Shown: one piece after another, positions 50,120 through 62,170 of the stretch | Numbering within the stretch: position 1 is the first letter of the stretch | Layout of the letters: the number at the start of each line of letters is the position of its first letter | DNA from: Opitutaceae bacterium | GTDB lineage: Bacteria; Verrucomicrobiota; Verrucomicrobiia; Opitutales; Opitutaceae | DNA: 64,000 nucleotides | Direction of reading: 5' to 3' | Assembly (NCBI GenBank): GCA_036261745.1 | Contig: DATAKE010000099.1 | Coordinates: 38,173-102,172 of the forward strand | Translations under genes and position numbers: made by a program | The notes under the pieces: generated by a model | The model's input: only the letters and a program-made list of their open reading frames with translations | The model's database searches: none | What the model was told of the DNA's origin: nothing

Positions 50120-50150
50120 AAACATGTCACTTATTAAGTGACATGTTTGT
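50120..50150 (-). terminator. perfect 31-bp palindrome CAAACATGTCACTTATTAAGTGACATGTTTG, a likely intrinsic terminator of the sucCD operon
   Basis: On the minus strand the hairpin is followed by TTTGTTT. It is the same motif family as 46536..46612 (GTCAyyTAWTArrTGAC). Confidence 0.55.
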
Positions 50151-50174
50151 TTGGCCGGGGCCGGGGGGCGGTTC

Positions 50175-51098
<924 letters not shown>

Positions 51099-51136
51099 GG
51101 GAGGGAAAGAGGTTTCGAAAGGAGAAAGAAGCGCGT

Positions 51137-51511
51137 TCAGGATTTGCGGCGGTGGATCATCAGGCTGTTGCCATCGGGATCGGAGATCATGGCCATGTGG
51201 CAGACGGGCGTCTCGAACGGCCCCATGCGGAATGGCACGGCGTGGGTGCGCAGGTGGGCGACGGCGGCGTCAAAGTCCTCGACCTCGAACGCGACCGAAC
51301 AGCCATCGGGGCTGGGTTTCATTCCCGGTGCGCCCGCGCCGATCGCGAGCGTGCCGGAGCCGATGTCGTATTCCGCCCATTGGGGGCCGCCGGGCTTGCC
51401 GTACAACATGGTGTTCTTCAGTCCGAGGGCGGTTTCGTAGAACGCGCGCGCCCGCTCGAAGTCGGTGACGACGTAGCAGCTGTAGGCGATTTCCTTGATC
51501 TTGATGCTCAT
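51137..51511 (-). CDS. VOC (glyoxalase/bleomycin-resistance) family protein
   Basis: 124-aa glyoxalase-like fold ([13 protein letters not shown]...[10 protein letters not shown]). It is inserted between sucC and sucD. Confidence 0.7.
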   Translation of the reverse strand: MSIKIKEIAYSCYVVTDFERARAFYETALGLKNTMLYGKPGGPQWAEYDIGSGTLAIGAGAPGMKPSPDGCSVAFEVEDFDAAVAHLRTHAVPFRMGPFETPVCHMAMISDPDGNSLMIHRRKS

Positions 51512-51528
51512 GGTCCGTTGCCGTCGCT

Positions 51529-52710
51529 TCAGGCGACGAGCTTCACGATCTTCTGCGCGGCGTCGGCCATCGTGTCGCCCGAGACGAGCGCGAGGCCGGA
51601 GTTGGCGAGGGTGGCTTTGCCGGCGGCGACGTTGTTGCCTTCGAGGCGGACGACGAGCGGAAGCTTGAGGCCAACCTCCTTCACGGCGTCGACGATGCCG
51701 GTCGCGATGACGTTGCAGTCCATGATGCCGCCGAAAATATTCACCAGGATCCCCTTCACGTTTTTGTCGCCGAGGATGATCTTGAAGGCCGCGATCACCT
51801 GTTCCTTCGAGGCGCCCCCGCCGACGTCGAGGAAGTTGGCCGGCGTGCCGCCGAAATGCTGGATGATGTCCATCGTGCTCATCGCGAGGCCCGCGCCGTT
51901 GACGAGGCAGGCGATGTTGCCGTCGAGCGCGATGTAACTGAGGGAGTATTTTGAGGCTTCGATCTCCTTCGGGTCCTCCTCGTTGAGATCGCGCAGCGCG
52001 ACGAGCTCGGGGTGGCGGAAGAGCGCGTTGTCGTCGAACGAGACCTTGCCATCGAGGGCGAGGACCTCACCCGTCGGCGTGGTGATGAGCGGGTTGACCT
52101 CGATCATGGCCGCGTCGGTTTCCCAATAGGCGTTGTAGAGGCTGCGGATGAGCTTGCCGGCGTTCTTCGCCTCGGCGCCGGTGAAGCCGAGTTTGAAAAT
52201 CAGTTCGCGCACCTGGAAATCCGCCAGGCCGTAAGCGGGATCGACGATGATCTTGAAAAGTTTTTCCGGCGTGTCGTGGGCAACTTTCTCGATGTCCATG
52301 CCGCCCTCGGTGGAAGCGACGATGACCGGCTTCGAGGACACGCGGTCGAGGAGGATCGCGAGGTAGTATTCCTTTTTGATGTCGCTCGCGACGGTGAAGT
52401 AAATCGTCTGGACCTTGCGGCCGGCGGGGCCGGTTTGCAGCGTGACCAGCGTGTTGCCGAGCATTTTGCCGGCGATCTCCTTCGCCTCGGCTTTGGTTTT
52501 GCAGAACTTCACGCCGCCCTTGAAGCCGTCGGTGAACGTTCCCTTGCCGCGGCCGCCGGCGTGGATTTGCGATTTCACCATCGTCGGACCTTCGGGGAGC
52601 GTGGCGAGCGCGGCGTCGAAATCGGCGCCGGACTTGGCGGCGGCACCCTTGGGAACGGGAACGCCGAATTTTTCGAAGAGCGCTTTGGCCTGATACTCGT
52701 GAATGTTCAT
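51529..52710 (-). CDS. sucC: succinate--CoA ligase [ADP-forming] subunit beta
   Basis: MNIHEYQAKALFEKFGVPVPKG...; the canonical ATP-grasp SucC. Confidence 0.95.
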   Translation of the reverse strand: MNIHEYQAKALFEKFGVPVPKGAAAKSGADFDAALATLPEGPTMVKSQIHAGGRGKGTFTDGFKGGVKFCKTKAEAKEIAGKMLGNTLVTLQTGPAGRKVQTIYFTVASDIKKEYYLAILLDRVSSKPVIVASTEGGMDIEKVAHDTPEKLFKIIVDPAYGLADFQVRELIFKLGFTGAEAKNAGKLIRSLYNAYWETDAAMIEVNPLITTPTGEVLALDGKVSFDDNALFRHPELVALRDLNEEDPKEIEASKYSLSYIALDGNIACLVNGAGLAMSTMDIIQHFGGTPANFLDVGGGASKEQVIAAFKIILGDKNVKGILVNIFGGIMDCNVIATGIVDAVKEVGLKLPLVVRLEGNNVAAGKATLANSGLALVSGDTMADAAQKIVKLVA

Positions 52711-52761
52711 GGGAAAGAGTGGGGAGCGCGCAGTAAGTCAGAGTCCGGGCGGAGGACGCAC

Positions 52762-52800
52762 GAAAAAAACGAGGCCGGAACGCGATGTTCCGGCCTCGTT
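52762..52800 (-). terminator. rho-independent terminator downstream of the flotillin gene
   Basis: There is a 13-bp perfect stem (ACGAGGCCGGAAC / GTTCCGGCCTCGT). On the minus strand it is followed by TTTTTTT. Confidence 0.7.
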
Positions 52801-52837
52801 GCGGTCTGAAAAGGCGGCCTAATGCGCCCGGCCCGGC

Positions 52838-54358
52838 TCAGTCCAGTTTCTTATCCATCGCGTTTCTCAGCGCGGGAACCTGCTCGAGGAGCTTGTCGAA
52901 TTTCACGCCGGTCAGCGCTTCCAGCACGGGAGGCAGCTGGCTGAGGATGGTCGTGACGTCGCTGGTGAGCTTGCTGGCGCCGCCGCCGGGGCCGGAGCCG
53001 CCGCTGATGATCACCATCTTTTCGGTCTTGGCCAGAGGCGCGGAAATCTGGGCGGCGATCTCGGGCAGCGCGCGGACAATGAGTTCGATGATGGCGGCCT
53101 GGTTGTACTCCTTGAACGACTCGGCTTTTTTCCGCATCGCCTCGGCGGTCGCGAGACCCTGCGCCTCGATGACCGACGCTTCGGCGAGACCGCGCGCTTT
53201 GTTGGCGTCGGCCTCGGCCGCACCCGTGGCCCGTTCGACGTCGGCGGCGGCGAAACCGGTTGCCTTGGTCGCGGCAGCGGCGCCGGCCGCCTCGGTTTCG
53301 AGCTGGAATTTCCGGGCGGCGGCGAGTGTCTCGAGCTTGTAGCGCTCGGCGTCGGCGGGCTTCTGGACGTTGGCCTCGAGTTCGCGCTGCTTGCGGCGGA
53401 TTTCCTGTTCCTGCAGTTCGATCTGCTTCTGTTTCTCGATGATGTTGACCTGCACCTCCTCGGCTTTGACGAGCTGGTTGGTCTTGAATCGCTGGAGATC
53501 GTAGGCGAGTTCGGACTCGGCCTTCTTCTGGTTCACCGAGGCGTTGTAGCCGGCGAGGTTCATTTCGAAATCGCGCTTGGCCTCGGCGATTTTCGAGTCG
53601 GCGGCGTATTTCGCCTCCTGGCCGGCTTGGGAGGCCTGCGCGGTGCGGATCGCGGCGTCGCGGTCGGCCTCGGCCTGGGCGATTTGTGCGTCCCGCTTCA
53701 CCTGTGCGATGCGGGGCTTGCCCAAGGCATCGAGGTAACCCTGCGTGTCCCGGATGTCGCGGATGGTGAAGCTGACGATGCTCAGGCCCATGTTCGCCAT
53801 GTCGCCGGCGGCGACCTCCTGGACCTTCGAGGCGAACGCGTCGCGGTTCTGGTAGATTTCCTCGACGGTCATCGTGCCCAGGATGGCGCGGAGGTGACCC
53901 TCGAGGGTTTGCATCGCGATGTTCTTGATGTCGTCGACGCCCTTGCTGAGGAACTGCTCGGAAGCGGTGGCGATGGAGATGTCGTCGCCCTTCACCTTGA
54001 TTTGCGCGACACCGTCGACTTTCACGGGCACGCCCTTGCTCGTGTAAACCTCGGGCGTCTGCACATCGATCGTGAGCAGTTCCAGCGAGAGGATGTCGGC
54101 TTTTTCGACGACGGGGATGATGAAGGTACCGCCGCCTTTCACGACGCGGAAGCCGCGGACGGAGGTCGTGCCGTCCGCGGCGATCACGCGGTGCTGGCGG
54201 CCGGAGACGATGAGCACCTGGTTGGGGCCGACCTTCGTGTAGCGGCTGGCCCAGACCATCGTGAAGAGGAAGACGACGAAAACGACGCCGACGACGGTCA
54301 TGGCACTTAAGCCGAAACCGCCGACTTGAAACTGGGCGAGGAGGAGGGGAGAGGTCAT
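52838..54358 (-). CDS. flotillin (SPFH/band-7 family) protein
   Basis: N-terminal TM, then an SPFH domain, then a long Ala/Glu-rich coiled coil with repeats (AEADRDAAIRTAQASQAGQEAKYAADSKIAEAKRD...). Confidence 0.8.
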   Translation of the reverse strand: MTSPLLLAQFQVGGFGLSAMTVVGVVFVVFLFTMVWASRYTKVGPNQVLIVSGRQHRVIAADGTTSVRGFRVVKGGGTFIIPVVEKADILSLELLTIDVQTPEVYTSKGVPVKVDGVAQIKVKGDDISIATASEQFLSKGVDDIKNIAMQTLEGHLRAILGTMTVEEIYQNRDAFASKVQEVAAGDMANMGLSIVSFTIRDIRDTQGYLDALGKPRIAQVKRDAQIAQAEADRDAAIRTAQASQAGQEAKYAADSKIAEAKRDFEMNLAGYNASVNQKKAESELAYDLQRFKTNQLVKAEEVQVNIIEKQKQIELQEQEIRRKQRELEANVQKPADAERYKLETLAAARKFQLETEAAGAAAATKATGFAAADVERATGAAEADANKARGLAEASVIEAQGLATAEAMRKKAESFKEYNQAAIIELIVRALPEIAAQISAPLAKTEKMVIISGGSGPGGGASKLTSDVTTILSQLPPVLEALTGVKFDKLLEQVPALRNAMDKKLD

Positions 54359-54402
54359 GAGGAGTTGGAGTGGGACGGAGGAAAGGGAGGGTGGCAGGGT
54401 GT

Positions 54403-55755
54403 TCAGCCGTTTGTCACATAGAACTGGGTGCCGACAATGCGGGTGATTTTCACGGTCGCACCGTTGGCGAGCGCCGAGCCGTCCTCGGCGCGGGCGGGTG
54501 CGGAGTAACGCGTGCCGGCCTGAACGTAGGCGATTTCGCCGACGGCGCCGGCCGGAATGGGGGTGATGACGGTCGCGGTCAGCCCGGTGACTTCGGCGAC
54601 GCGTCCTTCGCTCGAGCCCTGGGCCCAGCGAAACACCACCGCGAAGCCCCAGCCGACGACCGCCGCGATCGCAAAGGCGCCGACGACGGCGAAGACGCCG
54701 CTGAGCCGGTGCATGCTCGGGCTTTCGTTCATGACCATGCCGATGCCGCCGAAGGCGGTGATGAACGTCGCGATGGTGGTGGGACCCACCGGTTCGAAGC
54801 CGGGCATGTCACTGGTGCCGAAACCGGCTTCGGCGTGCCCTTGGGCGCCTGCGCCGTGATCCATGTCCGCGTGACTGCCGTGGCCGAGGTGGCCGAAAAT
54901 CACGCTCAGCAATGCGAACAGCAGGCCGACCCCAAAGCACACCGCATAGATGAAGAACGCGGTGGAGCGGGAGCCTTCGTCGACTTCGAAGGAGGCGACG
55001 CTGGCAGCGGCGACGGTGACGACCGCGGCGACGCCCGTGGAGATTTTTTTCATGGCGTAGACTTTGTAGGCTTTGAGAAGCAGGCCGGCTCCGCCGCCCA
55101 CGACGGCTGACTTGGCGAGGGCGCCGCCGGCGAGCGTCGTGGCCAGGCCGGCGGGAGCGGCGGCAACGGCGTTGGTGGTAAGGACCAAGGCGAGGGCTGT
55201 CGCGGTTGAAGTGATGCCTTTTTGGGCGAGGACGCCGCGGAGTTTGTCGAGCGCGCGTTCGGCGCGCATGCGGGCCGAGCTTTCGCCGATGCCGAGTTTT
55301 TCCCCCATCGCGGCGAAAGGCTGGCTTTCGAAGTAGCGCATCAACACGGCGGAGCGGTCCTGCTCAGGCAGGTCGCAGAGGGCGGAGTCCAGCAGCGGAC
55401 GGATTTTCTCCCAGTCGGCTTCGGTCACCGGTGACCGTTCGATTTCTTGCATGATATGGGCCTCGATTTCGCGGATTTGACGGCGGTGTTTTTCGCGCAG
55501 GGCGTTGAGGGCGGCGAAGCGCGTGCTGGTGTAGAGCCAGCTCGTCAACTCCGCGCGGCCGGTGAGCTCGCGGGCTTTGCGAGCGAGGTCGATGAACACG
55601 CTCTGGCTCACATCCTGGGCGAGCTGCGTATCGCCGCCGGCCTGGCGCAGGGCGGCGGAATAGACGAGGCCCGCCTTGCGTTGCACGAGTTCGGCAAAGG
55701 CGGTCTCCGACCGCTCCCTGACGTAGCGGCGTAGCAATTCGGAATCGTCGATCAT
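54403..55755 (-). CDS. fusion protein: ECF-sigma-like N-terminus (sigma-70 regions 2 and 4), multi-TM segment, and an NfeD-like C-terminal beta-barrel domain
   Basis: The N-terminus is paralogous to ORF 25337 (LLRRYVRERSETAFAELVQR...). A 3-4 TM block sits in the middle. The C-terminus (GRVAEVTGLTATVITPIPAGAVGEIAYVQAGTRYSAPARAEDGSALANGATVKITRIVGTQFYV) matches the short NfeD OB-fold pattern. It lies 45 bp upstream of flotillin on the same strand. Confidence 0.55.
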   Translation of the reverse strand: MIDDSELLRRYVRERSETAFAELVQRKAGLVYSAALRQAGGDTQLAQDVSQSVFIDLARKARELTGRAELTSWLYTSTRFAALNALREKHRRQIREIEAHIMQEIERSPVTEADWEKIRPLLDSALCDLPEQDRSAVLMRYFESQPFAAMGEKLGIGESSARMRAERALDKLRGVLAQKGITSTATALALVLTTNAVAAAPAGLATTLAGGALAKSAVVGGGAGLLLKAYKVYAMKKISTGVAAVVTVAAASVASFEVDEGSRSTAFFIYAVCFGVGLLFALLSVIFGHLGHGSHADMDHGAGAQGHAEAGFGTSDMPGFEPVGPTTIATFITAFGGIGMVMNESPSMHRLSGVFAVVGAFAIAAVVGWGFAVVFRWAQGSSEGRVAEVTGLTATVITPIPAGAVGEIAYVQAGTRYSAPARAEDGSALANGATVKITRIVGTQFYVTNG

Positions 55756-55942
55756 CGGACGGTTACACCCGCGAAAACGGAAATGGCACACGTCCGGAAG
55801 AAAAAGCCGGATTTTTTTTCCGTCGTGGGCCGGCGAAGCGGAGGGGAGGGGCGTTCACGGGGCGGCGGAGCGAAGCAGTTCCGCCGGGCCAAATCACTTC
55901 CAATGTTGCGCCGCTTTCCGAAGCCCGCAGCATCGCCGCTCC

Positions 55943-56431
55943 ATGGACTCACACGAGGTGATGCGGGAGGTGCTCAAGAAAACGAGCGCGAAACAGATCG
56001 CGGCGGATCTCCAGCTTTCGCTTTCGTTGATCTACAAATGGGCCGAACCGCCCGAGAACGACAGTGGCAGCGGCGCGAGCAGTCCGCTGGAGCGGGTGGG
56101 CCAGCTCCTCCGCAGCACCGGTGACACCCGGATCGCGCAGTGGGTGTGCGAACAGGCCTACGGGTTTTATATCCGCAACCCCCAACATCTCCCGCCGGGC
56201 CTGCCCCTGATTCCGATCACCAACGATATTGTGAAGGAGTTTGCCGACATGCTGGCAACGATTGCGGTTTCGTCGTCGGACAGCGTGATCACCAAGGAAG
56301 AGGCGAAAAAAATCCGGGCCCGCTGGGAAGAGCTGAAAAGCGTGACCGAGGGATTTGTGCAGGCGGCTGAGAGCGGGAATTTCGGTCCGGCCAGGCTGGC
56401 GGCGCCGGATAAAGAACCGCCGAAGATTTAA
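55943..56431 (+). CDS. putative HTH DNA-binding regulator (phage CII-like)
   Basis: A probable HTH reads SAKQIAADLQLSLSLIYKWAE. It is 162 aa and divergently transcribed from the sigma-NfeD gene. The family call is weak. Confidence 0.35.
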   Translation: MDSHEVMREVLKKTSAKQIAADLQLSLSLIYKWAEPPENDSGSGASSPLERVGQLLRSTGDTRIAQWVCEQAYGFYIRNPQHLPPGLPLIPITNDIVKEFADMLATIAVSSSDSVITKEEAKKIRARWEELKSVTEGFVQAAESGNFGPARLAAPDKEPPKI

Positions 56432-56627
56432 ACCTTCCGGCTCTCCGGGAGGGCGATCAGCGCGGCTTCGGGCGCGTTTTTCATGCTGGGCGTGAATGCG
56501 ATTTATCATGAACCCGCGGTTTTGTTCATTCTGGCAAGGCACCTGCTAACGTAGGGGTCAGTTTCGTTTTATCCCGGCCAGTCGGATGGGAGCGAAACCA
56601 CGTTACAAAACCTACATACACAAGCCC

Positions 56628-57614
56628 ATGACCAAGCATGTCTCAAAGTTCGCCATGACGGCCACGTTGCTCGCCCTCGCTGCAACCGCCTCGGCGGACG
56701 TCAAGGTGACAGAAAACCTCTCGATCGCGGGTTACGCGGTCGGTTCCTACACGAATACCTCGAACGATCCCGGCACGGACACCGATCGCCTCGATATCGA
56801 TGCTGTGAAGACTACCTTCATTGGTAACTTCAAGCCGGTAACGGGCACGATCAGTCTCTTCTACCCGGGCATCGATGGCCAGGACGTCACCGTCCTCGAT
56901 GCCTTCGCGACCTACGACATGGGTGGCGGTTATTCGATCACGGGCGGCAAATTTTTGAGCTACCTCGGGTACGAGGCGTTCGACCCGATCAACATGACGC
57001 AGATCACGTACGCGCCGGTCACGATCGGCACGTTGTCCGCGATTCCCGCCTACCACTCCGGCCTTCGTCTCGATTACAGCGACGCCGCGCACTCGTTCGG
57101 CGTGGCGCTGCTCGATTCCGTTTACGGCCCGAACATCTTCAAGGGTGACGGCGAGCTGAAGAAGAGCGCCGGTTTCGAAGGTTTCTACAAATACACCGGC
57201 ACGGCTGACTTCACGCTGTGGGCGGGTTTCGCCTACAACACGGCCGGCAACGGCATGAAGGACTCGCTCCTCGTGCTGGATGTCTGGGCGCAATACGTGC
57301 TCAGCAAACAGCTCACCATCGCGGGTGAAGTCAGCACCAAGGACGGCGGCGACGCGGCCAAAGGCTGGACCTGGCTGGCCTACGCCAACTATTCGACGAC
57401 CGACAAGGTTTCCTGGGTCTTCCGCGTCGGCGGTGAGCAGCTCGACGACAGCACCAAGAAGCTGACGGGCGCTTCCGACTTCGTGCAATACACGGTCGCC
57501 CCGACCTACAAGGTCACCGAGAACCTCTCGGTTCGCGCTGAATACTCCTACTACGACTACGACAACGGCGGTTCGAAGTCCTTCTTCGGCGTCCAGGGTC
57601 TGTTCAAGTTCTAA
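56628..57614 (+). CDS. outer-membrane beta-barrel porin (possibly a short-chain amide/urea FmdC-like porin)
   Basis: It has a signal peptide ([23 protein letters not shown]). Amphipathic beta-strand composition with alternating aromatic residues, and a C-terminal ...GLFKF terminal Phe. It is immediately upstream of urtA. Confidence 0.5.
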   Translation: MTKHVSKFAMTATLLALAATASADVKVTENLSIAGYAVGSYTNTSNDPGTDTDRLDIDAVKTTFIGNFKPVTGTISLFYPGIDGQDVTVLDAFATYDMGGGYSITGGKFLSYLGYEAFDPINMTQITYAPVTIGTLSAIPAYHSGLRLDYSDAAHSFGVALLDSVYGPNIFKGDGELKKSAGFEGFYKYTGTADFTLWAGFAYNTAGNGMKDSLLVLDVWAQYVLSKQLTIAGEVSTKDGGDAAKGWTWLAYANYSTTDKVSWVFRVGGEQLDDSTKKLTGASDFVQYTVAPTYKVTENLSVRAEYSYYDYDNGGSKSFFGVQGLFKF

Positions 57615-57799
57615 TCGCCTGGCGATTCGCTTTCGGCAGGCGGTCCCGCGCCCGCGGGACCGCCTGCACTTCGCGCCGTCTGTCCCGACGGCGATCCCCC
57701 CTTCAACTTCCTCCTCTCCTCCTGCTTCCCATTTTGCGGGTTGGCCAGCCACTGCTGTGGCCATCCGGCCCGTTGCTTCGGTTCCCCTCCACACAAGTC

Positions 57800-59068
57800 A
57801 TGACAAATAAACTGAAAAAACTGCTCGGCGTCGGGGCTTTCGCCCTGAGCGCTTTCACCAGCTGCGCTCTCGCCGCTGATACGATCAAGGTCGGCGTGCT
57901 CCACTCGCTCAGCGGCACCATGGCGATCAGCGAAACTTCGCTGCGCGATGTGCTGCTCTTCACCTTCGATGAAATCAACGCCGGCGGCGGCATCAAGGTC
58001 GGCGGCAAATCCTACATGATCGAGCCCGTCGTCGTTGACGGTGCGTCGAACTGGCCGCTCTTCGCCGAAAAGGCGACGCAGCTGGTCAAGCAGGACAAGG
58101 TCGCCGTGACCTTCGGCTGCTGGACGTCCGTTTCCCGCAAATCGGTCCTCCCGGTTTACGAGAACAACAACGCGCTGCTCTTCTACCCGGTCCAATACGA
58201 GGGCGAAGAAGAGTCCAAGAACGTCGCTTACACCGCCGAGGCCGTTAACCAGCAGGCCACGCCTGCGGTCGACTACTACCTCAAGGAAGGCAAAAAGAAG
58301 TTCTACCTCCTCGGTACCGACTACGTTTATCCGCAGACCACCAACCTCGTCCTTCTCGAATACCTCCTCAGCAAGGGCGTGAAGCTCGAGAACATCGGCG
58401 GCGGCTACCGCAAGGACGACGCCGGCAAGATCATCTCGGCCGGTAAGTACACGCCCTTCAGCCACACCGACTACCAGCAGATCGTCGCCGAGATCAAACA
58501 GTTCGCCGCCTCCGGCGACGCCTGCGTGATCTCGACGCTGAACGGCGACACCAACGTTCCTTTCTTCAAGGAATACGCCGCTTCCGGCCTCACCGCCGAA
58601 ACCTGCCCGGTCGTTTCCTTCTCGATCTCCGAGGACGAATTCCGCGGCCTGCCCGCCGACAAGCTGGTTGGCCAGCTCGGCTGCTGGACCTACTTCCAAT
58701 CGATCAACACGCCCGCGAACAAAAAGTTCGTCGCCAACTTCCAAGCCTGGCTCGCGAAGAGCACGGTCCCCGGAATCGTGAAGACCGGCCGCGTGACCTG
58801 CTCCCCGATGGTGCTCAGCTATGACGGTGTTTACCTCTGGAAAGCCTGCGTCGAGAAAGCCGGCACGTTCGACGTGGACGCGGTCCGCACCGCCTGGCAG
58901 TCGGGCATCTCGTTCGACGGTCCCGGTGGCAAGGTCACCACGCAGAAAAACATGCACCTCACCAAGAACGTCTACATCGGCGAAACCAAGGCCGACGGTC
59001 AGTTCAAGATTCTGCAGACGTTCAACGGCGTCTACGGCGAGCCCTGGCTCAAGGGTAAGTTCAAATAA
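57800..59068 (+). CDS. urtA: urea ABC transporter substrate-binding protein
   Basis: Signal peptide. It is of the Leu/Ile/Val-binding-protein family with typical UrtA sequence ([14 protein letters not shown]...[15 protein letters not shown]). Confidence 0.9.
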   Translation: MTNKLKKLLGVGAFALSAFTSCALAADTIKVGVLHSLSGTMAISETSLRDVLLFTFDEINAGGGIKVGGKSYMIEPVVVDGASNWPLFAEKATQLVKQDKVAVTFGCWTSVSRKSVLPVYENNNALLFYPVQYEGEEESKNVAYTAEAVNQQATPAVDYYLKEGKKKFYLLGTDYVYPQTTNLVLLEYLLSKGVKLENIGGGYRKDDAGKIISAGKYTPFSHTDYQQIVAEIKQFAASGDACVISTLNGDTNVPFFKEYAASGLTAETCPVVSFSISEDEFRGLPADKLVGQLGCWTYFQSINTPANKKFVANFQAWLAKSTVPGIVKTGRVTCSPMVLSYDGVYLWKACVEKAGTFDVDAVRTAWQSGISFDGPGGKVTTQKNMHLTKNVYIGETKADGQFKILQTFNGVYGEPWLKGKFK

Positions 59069-59107
59069 GCCGCGCCCGCTCCGGCTCGCAGCTCGCATTA
59101 ATTAATC

Positions 59108-59144
59108 GCGGGCGGGCGCCTAAACAGCGCCCGCCCTTTTCGTT
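59108..59144 (+). terminator. intrinsic terminator / attenuator after urtA
   Basis: The GC hairpin GCGGGCGGGCGC-ctaaaca-GCGCCCGCCC is followed by TTTTCGTT. Confidence 0.5.
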
Positions 59145-59177
59145 GGCACGAGTCTAGCATTCATAACTCGCATCCGA

Positions 59178-60962
59178 ATGATGAATTTTTTCTATCGTGT
59201 CCTCGGCGCCCTCGCGTTTCTGGCGCTTTGCACCCCACCGCTTCGCGCGGCCGACACGCCCCGGCAGATCATCGGCAAGGCCGCCGTCACCGAAGACGCC
59301 GCGGAACAGCGCGCTTTGATCGCATCCCTGATCGGCCAGGCGGACGATGCCATCCCCACGCTCTTCGACGCGTGGAAGAAGGACGCCCTCTTTTTTTATG
59401 CACCCACGGATGGCGCGAAAATTCCGGTGCAGCTCACCGGTGACAAGGACGAGGCCGGCACCCAGGCCGCCCTGCGCGTCGATTCCGGGGCGCCCCTGAC
59501 TGATCCGGCGGGAAAACCGCTCCGCCTCACCGGCGCCGACCTCACCGCGGTCGACCACAATCCCTCTCTCCGCCGCGCCATGAAAGCGGTGCTCGACTTG
59601 CTCGATCTCGGCGCGTCCGACCCGGCCAAGCGCATCCGCGCGATCGAAACCATCGGCAAGACGCAGGACGCCGAAAAACTTTTCGCGCTCGAGGCGCGGC
59701 TCAAAAACGAAACCGACGCGAAAGTGGTGCGGAGCCTCCGCGAAGCGGTCGCGCTCATCCACCTCAAGGACGCGAAACGCGAAGTGCGGCTCGCGGCGCT
59801 CGGTGAACTCAAGGAGCTGCACACGCTCTCCAGCACCGATTTCCTGCGAAAGACCCTCGCGGACGCCGAGGAGCAAAAGGACACGGCAATCGCCGCGGCC
59901 GCGAAACGCGCCCTGATCGAGGTCGAGAGCCACCGCGCCGCCGTCGATTTCTTCGGCACGATTTTCCGCGGCATCAGCACGGGCAGCATCCTGCTGGTCG
60001 GCGCGCTGGGCCTCGCGATCACGTTCGGCCTGATGCGCGTGATCAACATGGCGCACGGTGAGATGATCGCGATCGGCGCCTATACGACTTATCTCGTGCA
60101 GAATATTTTCGGGACCGGCATTACGATTCCCTTCTTCGGGCTCAACCTCCGGCTGGGCGGGATGAACCTCGATGGGAATGCCTACCAGTGGTATTTCGTC
60201 GTCGCCGTGCCGCTGAGTTTTCTCACCGCGGCCCTGGCCGGCATCGCGCTCGAGCGCGGGGTGATCCAATTTCTCTACCGCCGGCCGCTGGAGTCGCTGC
60301 TCGCCACCTGGGGCGTCTCCCTGGTGATGCAGCAGCTGCTGAAACTGATGTTCGGTTCGAACAACGTGCAGGTCAGCAGCCCGCTGTATCTCAGCGGCAA
60401 CTGGACCGTGAACGATGTGCTCCTCGGCTGGAATCGCGTCTTCGTGATCGGCTTCGGCATCGTGATCGTTTTCGGCATGTGGCTGGTGCTCACGAAAACG
60501 CCGCTGGGGTTGCTCATTCGCGCCGTGATGCAGAATCGCGGCATGGCCGCCTGCATGGGTGTCCGCACCACGCGCGTGAACATGCTGACCTTCGGCCTCG
60601 GCAGCGGCCTCGCCGGCCTCGCGGGCGCGTTTCTCAGTCAGATCGGCAATGTCGGTCCGTCGCTCGGACAGAACTACATCATCGACTCATTCATGGTCGT
60701 CGTGACCGGCGGGGTGGGGAGCATCGTCGGCACGGTGATCAGCGCCTTCACGATCGGCGGCGTCGACCAGGTGCTGCAGCAATATCTTCCCGCGGTCGCC
60801 CCCGGCCTCGGCTGGGTGCCCGGCATCGGCAGCTTCCTGCAGAATCTGGCGCAGGACGCCGCGGTTTTCGGCAAGATCATGGTGCTCGGCGCCATCATCC
60901 TTTTCCTGCAATGGAAACCCTCCGGCCTCTTCACCACGCGGAGCCGAACCCTGGACGAATGA
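59178..60962 (+). CDS. urtB: urea ABC transporter permease UrtB with a ~230-aa N-terminal periplasmic extension
   Basis: The C-terminal 330 aa are a branched-chain-amino-acid-type permease (LivH-like). The N-terminus has a signal peptide plus a helical-repeat domain. Confidence 0.85.
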   Translation: MMNFFYRVLGALAFLALCTPPLRAADTPRQIIGKAAVTEDAAEQRALIASLIGQADDAIPTLFDAWKKDALFFYAPTDGAKIPVQLTGDKDEAGTQAALRVDSGAPLTDPAGKPLRLTGADLTAVDHNPSLRRAMKAVLDLLDLGASDPAKRIRAIETIGKTQDAEKLFALEARLKNETDAKVVRSLREAVALIHLKDAKREVRLAALGELKELHTLSSTDFLRKTLADAEEQKDTAIAAAAKRALIEVESHRAAVDFFGTIFRGISTGSILLVGALGLAITFGLMRVINMAHGEMIAIGAYTTYLVQNIFGTGITIPFFGLNLRLGGMNLDGNAYQWYFVVAVPLSFLTAALAGIALERGVIQFLYRRPLESLLATWGVSLVMQQLLKLMFGSNNVQVSSPLYLSGNWTVNDVLLGWNRVFVIGFGIVIVFGMWLVLTKTPLGLLIRAVMQNRGMAACMGVRTTRVNMLTFGLGSGLAGLAGAFLSQIGNVGPSLGQNYIIDSFMVVVTGGVGSIVGTVISAFTIGGVDQVLQQYLPAVAPGLGWVPGIGSFLQNLAQDAAVFGKIMVLGAIILFLQWKPSGLFTTRSRTLDE

Positions 60963-62170
60963 CGCGAATGACTTCCGACGACCAAACGTCCACCCCCGCG
61001 CCCGCTGCCGAATCCGGGGCAACGGTGCAGCCCTTCAAAGTGAACGCGGCGATCGCCGATGCGCACCGTGCCAGGCAGCGGAACGGGCGCATCGAGTGGA
61101 TCTGCATCGCCGTCGCGGCGCTGCTGCTGATCGTCGTTCTCCCGCTGCTCCACTCCACCGGACACGTGAGCACATTCCGGATCAGCCTCTGGGGAAAATA
61201 TCTCTGCTACGCCCTGCTCGCGATGTCCGTGAACATCCTCTGGGGCTACACCGGCCTGCTCAGCCTGGGACAGGCGCTGTTCTTCACCTTGGGCGGCTAC
61301 ATGCACGGCATGTATCTCATGCGGATGATCGGGGATCTCGGGCAGTATCATAAGCCGATCCCGGACTTTCTCGTGTTTCTCGGCTGGACGCGGCTGCCGG
61401 CGTTCTGGGAGCCGTTCGCGAATTTTCCATTCGCGCTCACGATGGTGTTTCTCATCCCCGGCCTCGTGGCCTACGTCTTCGGTTACCTCGCGTTCCGCTC
61501 GCGCATCCGCGGCGTCTATTTTTCGATCCTCACGCAGGCGCTCACCTACGCGGCTTCGATTCTGTTTTTCCGCAACAACCTGCTCCTCGGCGGCAACAAC
61601 GGGTTCACCGATTTCAAGTTCATCCTCGGGCATTCGCTCGTGGACCGCGTTCAGGGCCCGGTCACGATGCGCGGGCTTTATATCGCGACCGCCGTTTGCC
61701 TGCTGCTGGTCTATCTCCTGTGCCGCTGGTTGAACGGCACCAAGTTCGGACTCGTGCAACAGGCGATCCGCGATGGCGAGAACCGCGTGCTTTTCAGCGG
61801 CTACGCGACGACGCACTACAAACTTTTCGTCTTCGTGCTCGCCGCCTTGATCGCGGCGCTGGGCGGCGCGCTCTTCGTCCCGCAGGCCGGCATCATCAAC
61901 CCCGAGGAAATGAAGGCGCAAAACTCCCTCGAAGCCGTCGTGTGGGTGGCGGTCGGCGGACGCGGGACGCTCATCGGACCCATCCTCGGCGCCGTCAGCA
62001 TCAACGTCTTGAAGAGCTGGGCCTCGCAGGCGTTTCCCGATCTCTGGCTGATCATCCTCGGCGGGCTTTTCATTCTCGTCGTGCTCTTTCTGCCGGGCGG
62101 ACTGGTCAGTCTGCCGGAACGGCTCGCGCCGTTGTGGAAAAAATTCCGCCGCCAGGAGGGCCGGTCATGA
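60959..62170 (+). CDS. urtC: urea ABC transporter permease UrtC
   Basis: The ATG overlaps the urtB TGA. LivM-like permease. The longer ORF 60188..62170 in the track is an out-of-gene extension. Confidence 0.85.
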   Translation: MTRMTSDDQTSTPAPAAESGATVQPFKVNAAIADAHRARQRNGRIEWICIAVAALLLIVVLPLLHSTGHVSTFRISLWGKYLCYALLAMSVNILWGYTGLLSLGQALFFTLGGYMHGMYLMRMIGDLGQYHKPIPDFLVFLGWTRLPAFWEPFANFPFALTMVFLIPGLVAYVFGYLAFRSRIRGVYFSILTQALTYAASILFFRNNLLLGGNNGFTDFKFILGHSLVDRVQGPVTMRGLYIATAVCLLLVYLLCRWLNGTKFGLVQQAIRDGENRVLFSGYATTHYKLFVFVLAALIAALGGALFVPQAGIINPEEMKAQNSLEAVVWVAVGGRGTLIGPILGAVSINVLKSWASQAFPDLWLIILGGLFILVVLFLPGGLVSLPERLAPLWKKFRRQEGRS

